A stretch of DNA of 34,635 bases from a virus (lineage: Duplodnaviria > Caudoviricetes), in IMG/VR virus record IMGVR_UViG_3300025849_000108, positions 1 through 34,635 of that record; one strand, written 5' to 3'. The position numbers and the translations under genes are program-made. Below are positions 8,919-19,700 of this stretch, piece by piece. Numbering within the stretch: the first letter of the stretch is position 1; each line of letters opens with the position of its first letter. The notes beneath the pieces are model-generated. The model searched no databases. It saw only the letters and a program-made list of their open reading frames with translations, and was not told the origin of the DNA.

Positions 8919-11900
8919 ATGGGTATCAACAAAGACTTAAATGTAGATCCGTACTACGATGATTTCGATGAGACGAAACAGTTTAATCGTGTTTTGTTTC
9001 AACCATCAAAAGCAGTACAGGCAAGAGAACTGACTCAGCTTCAAACTATTCTACAAAAGCAAGTAGAGCGGTTTGGGTCTAATGTATATAAAGAAGGTAC
9101 TATCATTAGCGGTGTTAACTTAACTGCTCGTGACGATTTATTTTATGTTAAATTAAAGGATCAAGTCGGTTTTACTAATCCCACAATATATGATGAAGTT
9201 TTCGCAAGTGATGGCTCATCAACTAGATTCATACTTCAAGGTACTTCTGGTCTTAAAGCAGAGATCGTTAAGGGCCTTACTGGATTTGAGACTTCTGCTC
9301 CAAATCTAAAAACCTTTTATATTAATTATTTAAACACAAGTCAAGATGCTTCAGGACTTTCTGACGTAAAACAATTCGGTGCAAACGAAACTCTTTCCCT
9401 ATTAGACAGCAACGAAAATGCAGTAACTTCAGGCGGAAGCCCCATAACATTTACGGCACACGAAGACGCAGGCCATGTTGGTAGAGCGTTTGGTGTGTCT
9501 TGTGAACCAGGCGTTATTTACCAAAAGGGTCACTTCTTATTTGTTGATAGACAATTCACAATCGTTACTAGATATAGTAATACTCCTGGGCAAGACCCAA
9601 TTAACGCTTCTGTCATAAACCCAGTATCTGTTGGTTTCGCTACCGAAGAGAATATTGTTAACTCCAATCAAGACACAAGTCTCTTGGATAATGCCGCAGG
9701 TTATAATAACTACAATGCTCCCGGTGCGGACAGACTTCAGTTAGTTCCAAAACTAGTCTCGTATCCATCTACAAGCGAACCAAGTGAGTTTTTCTCTCTA
9801 ATCAGATATAAAGATGGTAAGCAAATTAGACTTCGTGACTATACTCAATACAGCCTATTGGGAGAAGAGTTAGCAAAAAGAACTTACGAAGAATCTGGAA
9901 ACTATGTTGTTGATGGTTTAGAAGCAACTCTTGAGTCGCCAGTATCGATTACTAATAGTTTAGGCGCACAAGAAACTGTTGCTCAAGTTTCCATCTCGCC
10001 AGGTAAAGCATATATCTTTGGTAAGGAAGTTAGAAATGTTTCTGCTAACAAAATTACTATTGACAAAGTTACTTCAACACAAATAAAAACAAATCAAGTA
10101 ACCGGTGTTACTTATGATCAACACTTTGAGTTTAATGGCGCAAACGCTCAACAGTTGATTGACTTCAAACTTGATAGAGATTCAACAACAAATCTACTTG
10201 ATAGATATGTACTTTTAAATAACACAACAACAATCGGTACTTGTTGTGTTAGAAACATATCAGCAGGTAAGATATTTGTTTTCAATGTAGAAAAGAACGC
10301 AGGTCAAGAAGCAACAGCACCTACTCATCTAGGTCTACAAGGCTATACTCCAGGCAATGATCGAGTGACACTAACGCTTAATTCTAGCAGTCAACCTACT
10401 GGTCAACAGAATATTTCTGATGGATGTATGGTATTTGATACTGGTAAAGGTAGTGTCAAGTCAATCTCAAATACAAACTTAGTAGAAAGAGTCAGAGTTG
10501 ATAACATAACTCTTGCTTCTAACGCAACTACAATTGCCGCTTCTTCTGATGGCGTTCCGATAAAATCTGACGATGTTGTTGCTATTTCTGGCGGGGACAT
10601 ATACTCTCCCAGTGGTGTTACTCAACTTGCTGACACCGATAGTAGCGGTGATAGTGATGGCATTACTATTACATTTAGTGCTTTAGGCGCAACTGCAAAT
10701 ATTGAACACTTGTATTATAATAGAGTAAAAACTAATACGACTGAAGATACTTTAGAAGAGTTGACTGGGTATATTAAAACTACATATATTCCAACTTTGC
10801 GTACTGCTACTTTGGGTATTCCGAATGTAATACAAATTATTAGAGTTTTAATGGACACAGACCCAGGTAGCAGTACGGACTCTCTTATTGATGTGACATC
10901 TAAGTTTAGGTTAAACCCCAACCAAAAAGATGCGTTCTATGACTTGTCTTATATGCAATTAAAGTCTGGCGCAAGTATTCCCACATCTAACACCTTGATT
11001 GTTGAGGTAAGATATCTGGAAAGAACAAATATTAATGGTTACTTGACTGCTGACAGTTATACCAATGTGACAAACAAGCACCTAGTTCCACAATATGCCG
11101 CCAAAGACTCGTATGTCTACGATCTATTTAACTGTTATGATCTAAGACCTTATGCAGTAAAGAAAGTTACTGTTTCAACTCAACCAACTAATGCATTGCC
11201 AGTTGATACTGCTGTGAATACTCGTATATTGAGTTATACTCAGTTTGCAAATAACTCGACAATAAACAGCACTCAAGAGTATTATCTGAATAGAATAGAC
11301 AGTGTTGTTTTGGATGAGTATGGTGTTATTAAATTAATTAAGGGTGATGAAGCTGAATCTCCGGCAAAACCAAAATTAGATAGACTATACGAAATCGCTG
11401 AAATTATCAACCCGGGTAATACTATTTCCGTTCAAGGAAATAATTCTATATCTATTAAGAGTATGAAGACTAAAAATTATACTATGAGAGATATTGAAAA
11501 TTTAGAGATGAAGATTGATGTTCTGAGTGAAGCAGTTTCTTTGACTATGGCAGAAGTGAATGCTCAAAATCTCATAGTCACTGGAGCAGACGGAACTGAT
11601 AGATTTAAGAATGGCATCTTAGCAGATAATTTTGAAACATTGATTGGAGCAGATTTGGCTGATGCTCAATTTAGTGCCTCGATTAACAAGTCTAAAACTG
11701 TTGCAATGCCTTCAGTTAAACAGTTCCCAATTGATATGAAAGTTGATACTGCTACTAATGTATCTGATAATTTGGCGTTGAATAAGTTTGATGAAGTCAC
11801 TACAATAGAACAGATTGGTCAAGTGTCTTTTGTAGAGCAACCATTTGCTACAAACTTCAGAAACTGTGTATCTAGTTACTACAACTATAAAGGTAATGTT

Positions 11901-14660
11901 GGTATCTATCCAAAATTTGTTAGTGGGTATGATGTTATTCGAAACCCTAAGGTCGATATAGAAATAGACTTTGCATCTCAAATGGCGGATCTGGTTGAAA
12001 ATATACAAGAATTTTTACCACTCACAAGAGAAAGTGAGCCGACAACTAGACTAGAAAGTTGGTTTCTTGCAAATCGTAGGTATACTTTCAATATGCTTGA
12101 AACCACTGAAGTTACTGGATTGTCAGCAACAGAGAATACGCTTTCTCAGGCTGTTGGTAACTTTGTCACAGATGTCAATATGAAGCCTTACTTGAGGGCG
12201 CAGATAATTAGAGTTCTTGTGACAGGACTAAGACCAAATACTAGACACTACTTCTGGTTCGATGAGAAAGAGGTTAATGCTCATGTATCGCCAGGTGCTG
12301 TTGGTGACAGCATGAGAGCAATTAATGTTCGTAGTGGTCACGCAAACAATAAAGGTAATGCAGTTAGAACTGACGCTCAAGGTCGTTTAGCCGCATACTT
12401 CCATATGCCTGCTGAATCTTTCTTTGTTGGTGAAAATGTTTTAGAGATTGCTGATGTTGATCAGTATGGATCAATTGAGTCTGGATCAACTTCTTATGGA
12501 AGAAGCACATTTAGAGGCTATAACTTTGCTGTTAACAAGACTGAAGTTAATACAACAACCAGAACTCTTGACTTCGACACTGAAACAAGTATAGTTGAAA
12601 GAAGATTCCAACAATTTGCTAGAGACCCGATTGCTCAAACATTTAGAGTTAAATCTGCCGCATCTAAGGGCGCAGACTATGTTTATATAAGTGATATCGA
12701 TGTATTCTTTAAACGTGCCGCGGCTACGACTGGCGTAACTATGCAAATTAGAGAAAGTCAAAACGGATATCCATCTAAAAATGTACTTCCTTTTGCTGAG
12801 AAAAACTTAAACCCCTCTACTGATCAGATATTAGTTTCTGATAGTGGAACAAGCGCAACTAACTTTAAGTTTGATAATCCAGTAAAACTGAAGACTGATA
12901 CTGAATACGCATTTGTTGTAATACCAGATGGAAACTCACCGGAGTATTTAATTTATACTTGTAAAGTGGGTGAGACTAGTTTGTCAGAAGGTACAACTGC
13001 TAAATCTGTTGCAGTGACAAATGACTGGGGTGATGGTGCATTGTTCACATCTACTAATGATAGCGCATGGCGTTCTTATCAAGACGAGGACCTTAAATTT
13101 GTTATCAACAGACACGACTTTGAAAGCACTGGATCAGTAGAACTAGTTCCAAATGATGTAGAGTTCTTGACTATTAGAGAAAATGGTACGCAAACGAGTC
13201 CAGAGGTGGATACTACTAAAATAGTCCATTTCCAAGATGGTGAGTTGGCGTATGCTCTTACAGATGATCGTTCTTTCACTATGACTGTGGGTGGTTCTGA
13301 TTCGGCTAATCCAAATGAGATAAGCATCTTAACCTCACAGCTTGGTTCTCCTGCGTATAACATTAACGATGGCGACTTTGTTTTGATACAGAGTGATAAT
13401 GTAAACCTAGCAAGCAAACAAGTTGTGACTAAAATTCTAAGCAATAGGACAGATGGTACTAGTACGGTGTTTACTTTAGAAGACCCATATACTGTTTATT
13501 CGACTGCTCAATTTGGAGCAAGCGTTACCGTTAAAAGATGTGTTGCTGGCGTAGTGTCTTATTACAATCCTAGAGAGTATTCTAAGATACATCTTACTGA
13601 AAGTTCAGCGAGAGTAGGTAACTACTTGGATAGCAATACTCCTGTTACTATTGGGTTTAGTGTGGGGCAGTTGATTGCAGGTAATACATACACTATTGTG
13701 ACTCTTGGTAATCAAGGAACAGACTCTGAAATAACAAATGCATGGAGATCAGCAGGTGTACCAAATACTGTAACTCCTGCTGTCGGTGTACAGTTTGTTG
13801 CAACTCAAGCAACGATTACTGGATTCAATGGTACAGCAAGACCAAATGATCAAGTCATTAATGGTGTTAGTTCTGGTGCTTCTGCTAAAATAACTACAGT
13901 GGACTCGGAAAAGGTTTCTTACTTCCAGTCACAAATTCAGATTGATAACAGCACAAACACATCATCTACTTTAGAGTTGAATAAGGTAGTCGCTAACGAA
14001 AGTGTTCTTGATAAGCCGATATCATCTAATACTAATGTTTACACTCCTAATAATCTAAGATTGATTAAGAGTAAGAGTAAGCAGATTGCCGATTCTGATA
14101 CTAAAGATGACTTTAGAATTAAGGTCTCTTTAAATAGTCAAGTATCTACTGTTACTCCTGTTCTAGACACAGACATGGCTGAGTTAAATGTTTATCAATA
14201 TAAAGTGACCAGTAGTGAAGCTACAACTTCTAACTGGGTTTCTAAAGAAGTTATTCTAAATGACAAACTGCCTGCTAAAGGATTAAGAGTTTTGCTCAAT
14301 GCTTACAGACCGGCAGGTACATTTGTAGATGTGTATGGAAGATTTGTGTATCCTAATAATGCGGAATCTGATAAAAATGCGACCAATACATTATCAGCAT
14401 CTACATCAACTAACTGGAAGAAGCTAGTCAATTCTAATCCAGACTTATACTCAAACACGAGCGATGTTTATGATTATCGTGAGTATCAATATGATCTTAA
14501 CGAAGCAGTTCATACAAATGACTTTACTACTTTCCAGATAAGATTAGTTTTACGTCATGCTTCAACCAGTGAGTTAGCTACACCTACATTGAAGAATATA
14601 ACACCAGACATTAACTTGGCGCCTACGATATATGATTTCAAGGCTTTGGCGGTAACTTAA
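8919..14660 (+). CDS. VrlC-like / DUF4815-type large virion structural protein
   Basis: N-terminus DLNVDPYYDDFDETKQFNRVLFQPSKAVQARELTQLQTILQKQVERFG; NAPGADRL; LAKRTYEESGNYVV; DRFKNGILADNF; DPIAQTF; GALFTSTNDSAW...EDLKF; C-terminal P-x-I-x-D-F-K-A-L-A. Confidence 0.85.
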   Translation: MGINKDLNVDPYYDDFDETKQFNRVLFQPSKAVQARELTQLQTILQKQVERFGSNVYKEGTIISGVNLTARDDLFYVKLKDQVGFTNPTIYDEVFASDGSSTRFILQGTSGLKAEIVKGLTGFETSAPNLKTFYINYLNTSQDASGLSDVKQFGANETLSLLDSNENAVTSGGSPITFTAHEDAGHVGRAFGVSCEPGVIYQKGHFLFVDRQFTIVTRYSNTPGQDPINASVINPVSVGFATEENIVNSNQDTSLLDNAAGYNNYNAPGADRLQLVPKLVSYPSTSEPSEFFSLIRYKDGKQIRLRDYTQYSLLGEELAKRTYEESGNYVVDGLEATLESPVSITNSLGAQETVAQVSISPGKAYIFGKEVRNVSANKITIDKVTSTQIKTNQVTGVTYDQHFEFNGANAQQLIDFKLDRDSTTNLLDRYVLLNNTTTIGTCCVRNISAGKIFVFNVEKNAGQEATAPTHLGLQGYTPGNDRVTLTLNSSSQPTGQQNISDGCMVFDTGKGSVKSISNTNLVERVRVDNITLASNATTIAASSDGVPIKSDDVVAISGGDIYSPSGVTQLADTDSSGDSDGITITFSALGATANIEHLYYNRVKTNTTEDTLEELTGYIKTTYIPTLRTATLGIPNVIQIIRVLMDTDPGSSTDSLIDVTSKFRLNPNQKDAFYDLSYMQLKSGASIPTSNTLIVEVRYLERTNINGYLTADSYTNVTNKHLVPQYAAKDSYVYDLFNCYDLRPYAVKKVTVSTQPTNALPVDTAVNTRILSYTQFANNSTINSTQEYYLNRIDSVVLDEYGVIKLIKGDEAESPAKPKLDRLYEIAEIINPGNTISVQGNNSISIKSMKTKNYTMRDIENLEMKIDVLSEAVSLTMAEVNAQNLIVTGADGTDRFKNGILADNFETLIGADLADAQFSASINKSKTVAMPSVKQFPIDMKVDTATNVSDNLALNKFDEVTTIEQIGQVSFVEQPFATNFRNCVSSYYNYKGNVGIYPKFVSGYDVIRNPKVDIEIDFASQMADLVENIQEFLPLTRESEPTTRLESWFLANRRYTFNMLETTEVTGLSATENTLSQAVGNFVTDVNMKPYLRAQIIRVLVTGLRPNTRHYFWFDEKEVNAHVSPGAVGDSMRAINVRSGHANNKGNAVRTDAQGRLAAYFHMPAESFFVGENVLEIADVDQYGSIESGSTSYGRSTFRGYNFAVNKTEVNTTTRTLDFDTETSIVERRFQQFARDPIAQTFRVKSAASKGADYVYISDIDVFFKRAAATTGVTMQIRESQNGYPSKNVLPFAEKNLNPSTDQILVSDSGTSATNFKFDNPVKLKTDTEYAFVVIPDGNSPEYLIYTCKVGETSLSEGTTAKSVAVTNDWGDGALFTSTNDSAWRSYQDEDLKFVINRHDFESTGSVELVPNDVEFLTIRENGTQTSPEVDTTKIVHFQDGELAYALTDDRSFTMTVGGSDSANPNEISILTSQLGSPAYNINDGDFVLIQSDNVNLASKQVVTKILSNRTDGTSTVFTLEDPYTVYSTAQFGASVTVKRCVAGVVSYYNPREYSKIHLTESSARVGNYLDSNTPVTIGFSVGQLIAGNTYTIVTLGNQGTDSEITNAWRSAGVPNTVTPAVGVQFVATQATITGFNGTARPNDQVINGVSSGASAKITTVDSEKVSYFQSQIQIDNSTNTSSTLELNKVVANESVLDKPISSNTNVYTPNNLRLIKSKSKQIADSDTKDDFRIKVSLNSQVSTVTPVLDTDMAELNVYQYKVTSSEATTSNWVSKEVILNDKLPAKGLRVLLNAYRPAGTFVDVYGRFVYPNNAESDKNATNTLSASTSTNWKKLVNSNPDLYSNTSDVYDYREYQYDLNEAVHTNDFTTFQIRLVLRHASTSELATPTLKNITPDINLAPTIYDFKALAVT

Positions 14661-14661
14661 T

Positions 14662-14850
14662 ATGGAACAGCATACATTTATCAGGTCAGAAAGTGGTTCG
14701 GGTATTGTAAATTCTGACGTTATTGAGTATAAAAAAGCTGTTGCGAAGAGAGAGCAAGATAAATATATTAAAGGATTGGAAGCAAGAATATATAAGTTAG
14801 AATCTGCTATGGTTCTAATGCAAAAAACTATCAAAGAGATAAGTAAATGA
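14662..14850 (+). CDS. small hypothetical protein (predicted C-terminal coiled coil) downstream of the VrlC-like gene
   Basis: R-x-x-x-SG-x-x-IVN-x-D...Y followed by a heptad-rich tail. Exactly fills the gap and has an ATGA overlap with the next gene. Confidence 0.7.
   Translation: MEQHTFIRSESGSGIVNSDVIEYKKAVAKREQDKYIKGLEARIYKLESAMVLMQKTIKEISK
14758..14765 (+). promoter_or_regulatory. possible late promoter (GATAAATA)
   Basis: About 80 bp upstream of the fibre gene start at 14847. Confidence 0.35.
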
Positions 14851-16721
14851 GTAATACAAAGACATCTATAAATTCCAACAAAGTAAATAACACATCTACT
14901 TTTGAGCAATGGAAAGACCTGACAAACGAAATGGCTACTGTTTTTCAATCAACAGTAACTATGGGCGCAACAGTAGGAAACCAAAACGTAGGCAACATTA
15001 TTCTTGATGGAAATGTTGAGTTAGCTACTGGTCATCATCTTAAAGCAGACAAAATATTAGCGGCTGAAGGTACTTCAGTTTTAACTGTAGAAGAAGATGT
15101 GTCCATACTAGGTGATTTGAGACTGAATCAAGTTGGTGCGGCTGATGCGTCTAGTGTTTTACAGTATCAGAAAGGCGCATCCACTAATACTTGGCACATA
15201 AAGACAGATGTAGATCACAGTGAACTGGTTATAGGTACAAGTGATAGAAGTTTTACCTTTAACGATAATGGCACAATTACGACTCCTGCCGGAGCGAGTA
15301 ATAAGTTCACTATTAGCAACTCTTTATTGGGTGCTGACATTAGTGGTGTTACAATTGGTGCTAACTCACAGACTACTGGTGCATTTACTACTCTTTCGGC
15401 TACAGGTGGCCTTACTGGTAATGTAACTGGTAGTGTAACTGGTAATGTAACTGGTGACGTTAAAGCAACTAACGGAACAACAGTTTTAGATAGCGGTACT
15501 AATGGAAATGATGCAACATTTCAAGGCGACATAAAAGCAACTAACGGAACAGTAGTCTTAGATAGCGGTACTGGAACTAATGCTTCATTTACTGGTAACG
15601 TAACTGGTAATGTAACTGGTAACACGAATGGTACACATACTGGAGCAGTGTCGGGTACAACAGTATCTGCGTCTGGTGGATTTACTGGTGCTTTGACTGG
15701 TAACACGAATGGTACACATACTGGAGCAGTGTCGGGTACAACAGTATCTGCGTCTGGTGGATTTAGTGGTGCTTTGACTGGTGCTGTAACTGGTAACACA
15801 ACAGGTAATCATAACGGTATTATAGGTGACACTACGCCTGCGGCAGTAACAGGCACAACTATTACTGCAAACACAAAGTTTTCGGGTCCTCTAACTGGTG
15901 CTGTAACTGGTGACGTAACTGGTAATGTTAGTGGTAATGCAGGTAGTGCATCGCAAGTTTATGTTACAGAAGACAACACCAACCAAATACAGAGAGTGCC
16001 TTTCTTTGCAGATGTTGATGCAAGTGGTAATAAGGCACTAAGACATAATGACGCATTAAGATATAATCCAAATCTAGATCGTTTATCTTGTGGAGCGTTT
16101 TATGGTTCTGTAGTTGGTGACGTAACTGGTAATGTTAGTGGTAATGCAGGTAGTGCAACCAGGTGGGCAGATACTAGAACTCTTGGATTCACTTCAAGTT
16201 CTGACTTAACTGGTTCGTGGGCAGTCAATGGAACAGCAAGCATTAACTCTACTATTAAGGTTAAAGATAACTCTCACTCACATACTGTGTCTAATATCAG
16301 TGATATGGATACCTTTGTTGGCAATCTAGTTTCTGTAGATCAGATATGGCCTGTTGGATCAATATTCACATCGACATCAAATGCTAATCCTAATGGAAAT
16401 TTCGGTGGAACTTGGGAAGCATTTGGCGGCGGTAGATGTCTTGTAGGTGTCGGTGGTGGTTTTTCTAATGGACAAACTGGTGGTGCGTACACACATAAGT
16501 TGACAACTGCTCAGATACCATCACATAGCCATGTTCATACAACAAGAACAGGTCGTAGCTTTAGTAAAAGTGATGGTAATGCAAATGGCAGTGTTGTTCA
16601 AGGCAGTGATGGAGTTCAAAAACATAGTTCTACTGAAGCAACTAAGAACACAGGCGGCAATAACTCATTTAACATAACACAGCCTTACATTGCTGTGTAT
16701 ATGTGGAAAAGAACAGCTTAA
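14847..16721 (+). CDS. tail fibre / baseplate fibre protein with G-x-V-T repeats and a gp10/gp12-like C-terminal domain
   Basis: N-terminal TSTFEQWKDLTNE; central (GNVT)n low-complexity shaft; C-terminal IWPVGSIFTSTSNANP..GGTWEAFGGGRCLVGVG..GGAYTHKLTTAQIPSHSH..NITQPYIAVYMWKRTA. Confidence 0.8.
   Translation: MSNTKTSINSNKVNNTSTFEQWKDLTNEMATVFQSTVTMGATVGNQNVGNIILDGNVELATGHHLKADKILAAEGTSVLTVEEDVSILGDLRLNQVGAADASSVLQYQKGASTNTWHIKTDVDHSELVIGTSDRSFTFNDNGTITTPAGASNKFTISNSLLGADISGVTIGANSQTTGAFTTLSATGGLTGNVTGSVTGNVTGDVKATNGTTVLDSGTNGNDATFQGDIKATNGTVVLDSGTGTNASFTGNVTGNVTGNTNGTHTGAVSGTTVSASGGFTGALTGNTNGTHTGAVSGTTVSASGGFSGALTGAVTGNTTGNHNGIIGDTTPAAVTGTTITANTKFSGPLTGAVTGDVTGNVSGNAGSASQVYVTEDNTNQIQRVPFFADVDASGNKALRHNDALRYNPNLDRLSCGAFYGSVVGDVTGNVSGNAGSATRWADTRTLGFTSSSDLTGSWAVNGTASINSTIKVKDNSHSHTVSNISDMDTFVGNLVSVDQIWPVGSIFTSTSNANPNGNFGGTWEAFGGGRCLVGVGGGFSNGQTGGAYTHKLTTAQIPSHSHVHTTRTGRSFSKSDGNANGSVVQGSDGVQKHSSTEATKNTGGNNSFNITQPYIAVYMWKRTA
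15462..15590 (+). repeat. imperfect in-frame tandem repeat, 72-bp period (KATNGT-x-VLDSGT)
   Basis: aaagcaactaacggaaca...ttagatagcggtact begins at 15462 and again at 15534. Confidence 0.8.
15615..15776 (+). repeat. near-perfect 81-bp tandem duplication (2 copies, 27 aa each)
   Basis: 15615-15695 vs 15696-15776 differ at one base (act/agt): TGNTNGTHTGAVSGTTVSASGGF[T/S]GAL. Confidence 0.95.
15908..16157 (+). repeat. 43-bp exact direct repeats (15908-15950 and 16115-16157) flanking a unique segment
   Basis: tggtgacgtaactggtaatgttagtggtaatgcaggtagtgca occurs twice, 207 bp apart and in frame (GDVTGNVSGNAGSA). Confidence 0.9.
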
Positions 16722-16727
16722 TAAATA
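16720..16727 (+). promoter_or_regulatory. late promoter (AATAAATA)
   Basis: Overlaps the fibre stop codon, 27 bp upstream of the ATG at 16755, followed by SD AGGA. Confidence 0.55.
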
Positions 16728-16754
16728 TTAGTATTAATACTAGGAATAAATTAA

Positions 16755-19700
16755 ATGGCAAAGAAGTTTACAGATTTAAGCACAGGCACACTATCGGATA
16801 CTGACATATTTGCGATAGTTGACACTGCGGGTGATCAGCTTAACAGTAGGAAGATAACTGCTCAAGACATAAGCAGTTATGTCTACTCGTCTGATGAAAT
16901 TACTGGTGGATTGAGCAATTTAAAATCGGCTCTTAACGGTAACGCCGGCACTGATAATCTATTGAATGCAAGTAAGGTGTTTTATAATGATGGAGTAACG
17001 AGTGCTTTCAGAGACGCTTCTTACCTTTTAGACTGGGCTAATACACGAAATCCACCAACTATTGCTGAATCAAACTCTCAGCTTAAAAACGATTCAAATT
17101 TTTCAAGTCTTGTTGATGATGGTCAGCAAAACTATAGTCTTGAAGTGAGAAACACTGTGGGTAGTTCCGCAGTGGTGCAAAGAGTTACTACAGATCACAT
17201 TCAAGAAGGTCAGAACAAGTATTTTAATGATGCTAATGTTGAAACGAAAATTGATGAACGATTTCCAACTTTATTTCAGAGTTTTAGTGATACTTTTGAT
17301 AGTGGTAATTCAAAAGATAGCTTACAGGGCGTAAATGGAACATGGCAAAATACTATAGGAGCCGATGCAGGTAGCCAAACATCCAGAGAAGTTTTAATCA
17401 GTCAAGTTGGGGTGGGCGCAAATGACTTTGCCGAGAATCAGGTCATTCGAGTTTATGGTGGTACTTCTGGTAGTCCGGTTGCTGTAGATACTGCACCTGG
17501 ATTGGTAGTTTCTAAAAATGCATTCAATGATACTGGTACTGCAAATGCCTCTGGCAATACTCTTACTATGAATTATAGAGTTGCTAAATTTGATACTAGA
17601 ACTGGTAGAATAGGTCCTAGATCAGGTGTTCAGAGTCAAGTTATCTCTTTGGCTGGCACTACTACTAGCACAGACTTTTTGAATGCATTTGATGGCGACT
17701 ATTATATAAATCTCTCTCTATCTGGTCTTAACTCTACTGATGGCGTTTTAATATATCGTAAAGTCGGCAACAGTGGAACTACAATGAAACTTATCGCTGT
17801 TCTAGGCCCTAAAGATTTGGCAGATGGTAATAACAACTGGAAAGATTATCATACTTTTGATTATGTAGCTTGGTCTGGTAAAAGTTCAGAAGACAACTCT
17901 TATCCATCTTCTCTTATTCATTTCCCTGCTACTATTGCCGAATCTCCCGATGCAACAGCCGGTGGTCACAACGAAGTTTTAGAGGGTTGGTCTGATTTGA
18001 CTGTAGAATCTTCTAGCGATAGTGGTGCAGGAGACGGTTCTTTCATAGTCACATTTAAAACTTCAGCAACGGTCAATCACCCAAGTGGTATACTTGGTCG
18101 TGCTTGTTCTTTGGCTCACAATGATACAACAACAATCAATACTGCTATATTGAGTAAAATCGATCCTGCTATAGGAATCAAGAGCCTGAGTCTTAATGCT
18201 AAGACATACAATGTAGTTACCATTAACATTCCAAATAACTTTGGATTAACTGGTGTTGCAGGCCTTACTAAAATTAGAAAGTTACCTTGGGCTTCTTACA
18301 CATTTCCTAGTGTAGATGGTAGCGCAAGCACACAAATTTTACAATCGCCAGGTATTACTGGAGCAACAACAATTACACTAGATGGTGTAGACTTTGATGG
18401 TAATGCTATCAACCAATTCTTGCTTGCAGACACTGACGGAAATAGATTCATAGATTTTGGTGTTCAGACAACTGACATTACATTTAACAAGTGTAAAATT
18501 CAAAATGTTATTGGTGATGGCGTTTATTCTAGCATACCACTAAGATTTAAAATGAATCTTTCTGAGATATCTAATGGTGGTTTGACAGATAGATATGATA
18601 TTACTCCACTAACTATTGACTCTGGAATCAACACTGTAGTAACTGGTAATGTCATTCAAAACTTTACTGAGTCTGTAGATGCTACTGTAACATCAGAAGG
18701 CGTTATTGCAAACAACGTAATTAAAAATGTTGGTGCGGGTCTAAATATATATGGTTCTACATTCTTGGTAACTAGCCCGAATGTAATGATGGGTCCTGCT
18801 AATGAATTCTTATCGACTCCAGATATATTGAATAGTGAGTTCGACTCTATCAACATATCAAGAGCATCGATGCAAGCTGTAGGCACTGGTCAACCTTTCC
18901 TTAGTGATGATTTTGTTTATCAGGAAAATGGCGCAACATATGACTTAACGCAAGACTCTATTGGAACTAATGCAAAAGTCGTATTTAGAACTAATCTATT
19001 GGCAGTTGATAGTGATAACAACTTCTCTATCTATGGTAACGAAGTAGGACCTGGTGTTAAAGATATTAACAATACTGCCATGACTGCAACAACCACTGGT
19101 GGTGCGGCTGATGCTGATTCTTATTTGAAACTAAACACTCCATATATGATTACTCATGTCGGTAATACTGATTGGACTACTTTGGGTGCGGCTATAAATA
19201 TGACAGGTGCTGTGTTCACTTGGAATGGAACTAGCCTGCCTTCTTATTCTGCAAGTGGTGGTAGAGTAACTGCCAATGAGTTCCCGGGTTATGAAAACTC
19301 TGGGCATAAAGGGCCTATCATATTAGCAAGAAGAACAGCAAATAGACAGGGTACTGGAGATTTAGTGCCTACTGATGGTCAGTTTGGATTCACAATCGCC
19401 AATGCTGATACTAGTGGAACTCTTCAGCAACTAATTACTACTAGTGGTGCATATTCATATTCAACATTTAAGAATATATATACAACTCAATTAGGTAACT
19501 CTTTACACCCTGCAGGCACTAAGCATTATGGTGTAGCTTGGTCAGCAAACCTTAGAACAGATGTAAAAGCAGGTGATATTGCAAATAACGGTTCTTGGGA
19601 ATCTGCCGGACAATTGAATGCTAGTGGTCTAGACAATCTAGGTCTTAATGTTTATAGAACGAGTGCTGTAGACACACTGAATGCAAATAAGCATTATGTA

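Noticed and set aside
8919-14660. VrlC name suggesting a virulence factor
   Set aside because: The name is historical. In this context it is a routine structural gene of T4-like phages.
15410-16157. Repeats as a possible CRISPR array
   Set aside because: Repeats are in frame within a fibre gene with periods that are multiples of 3. There is no regular repeat-spacer structure and no cas genes.
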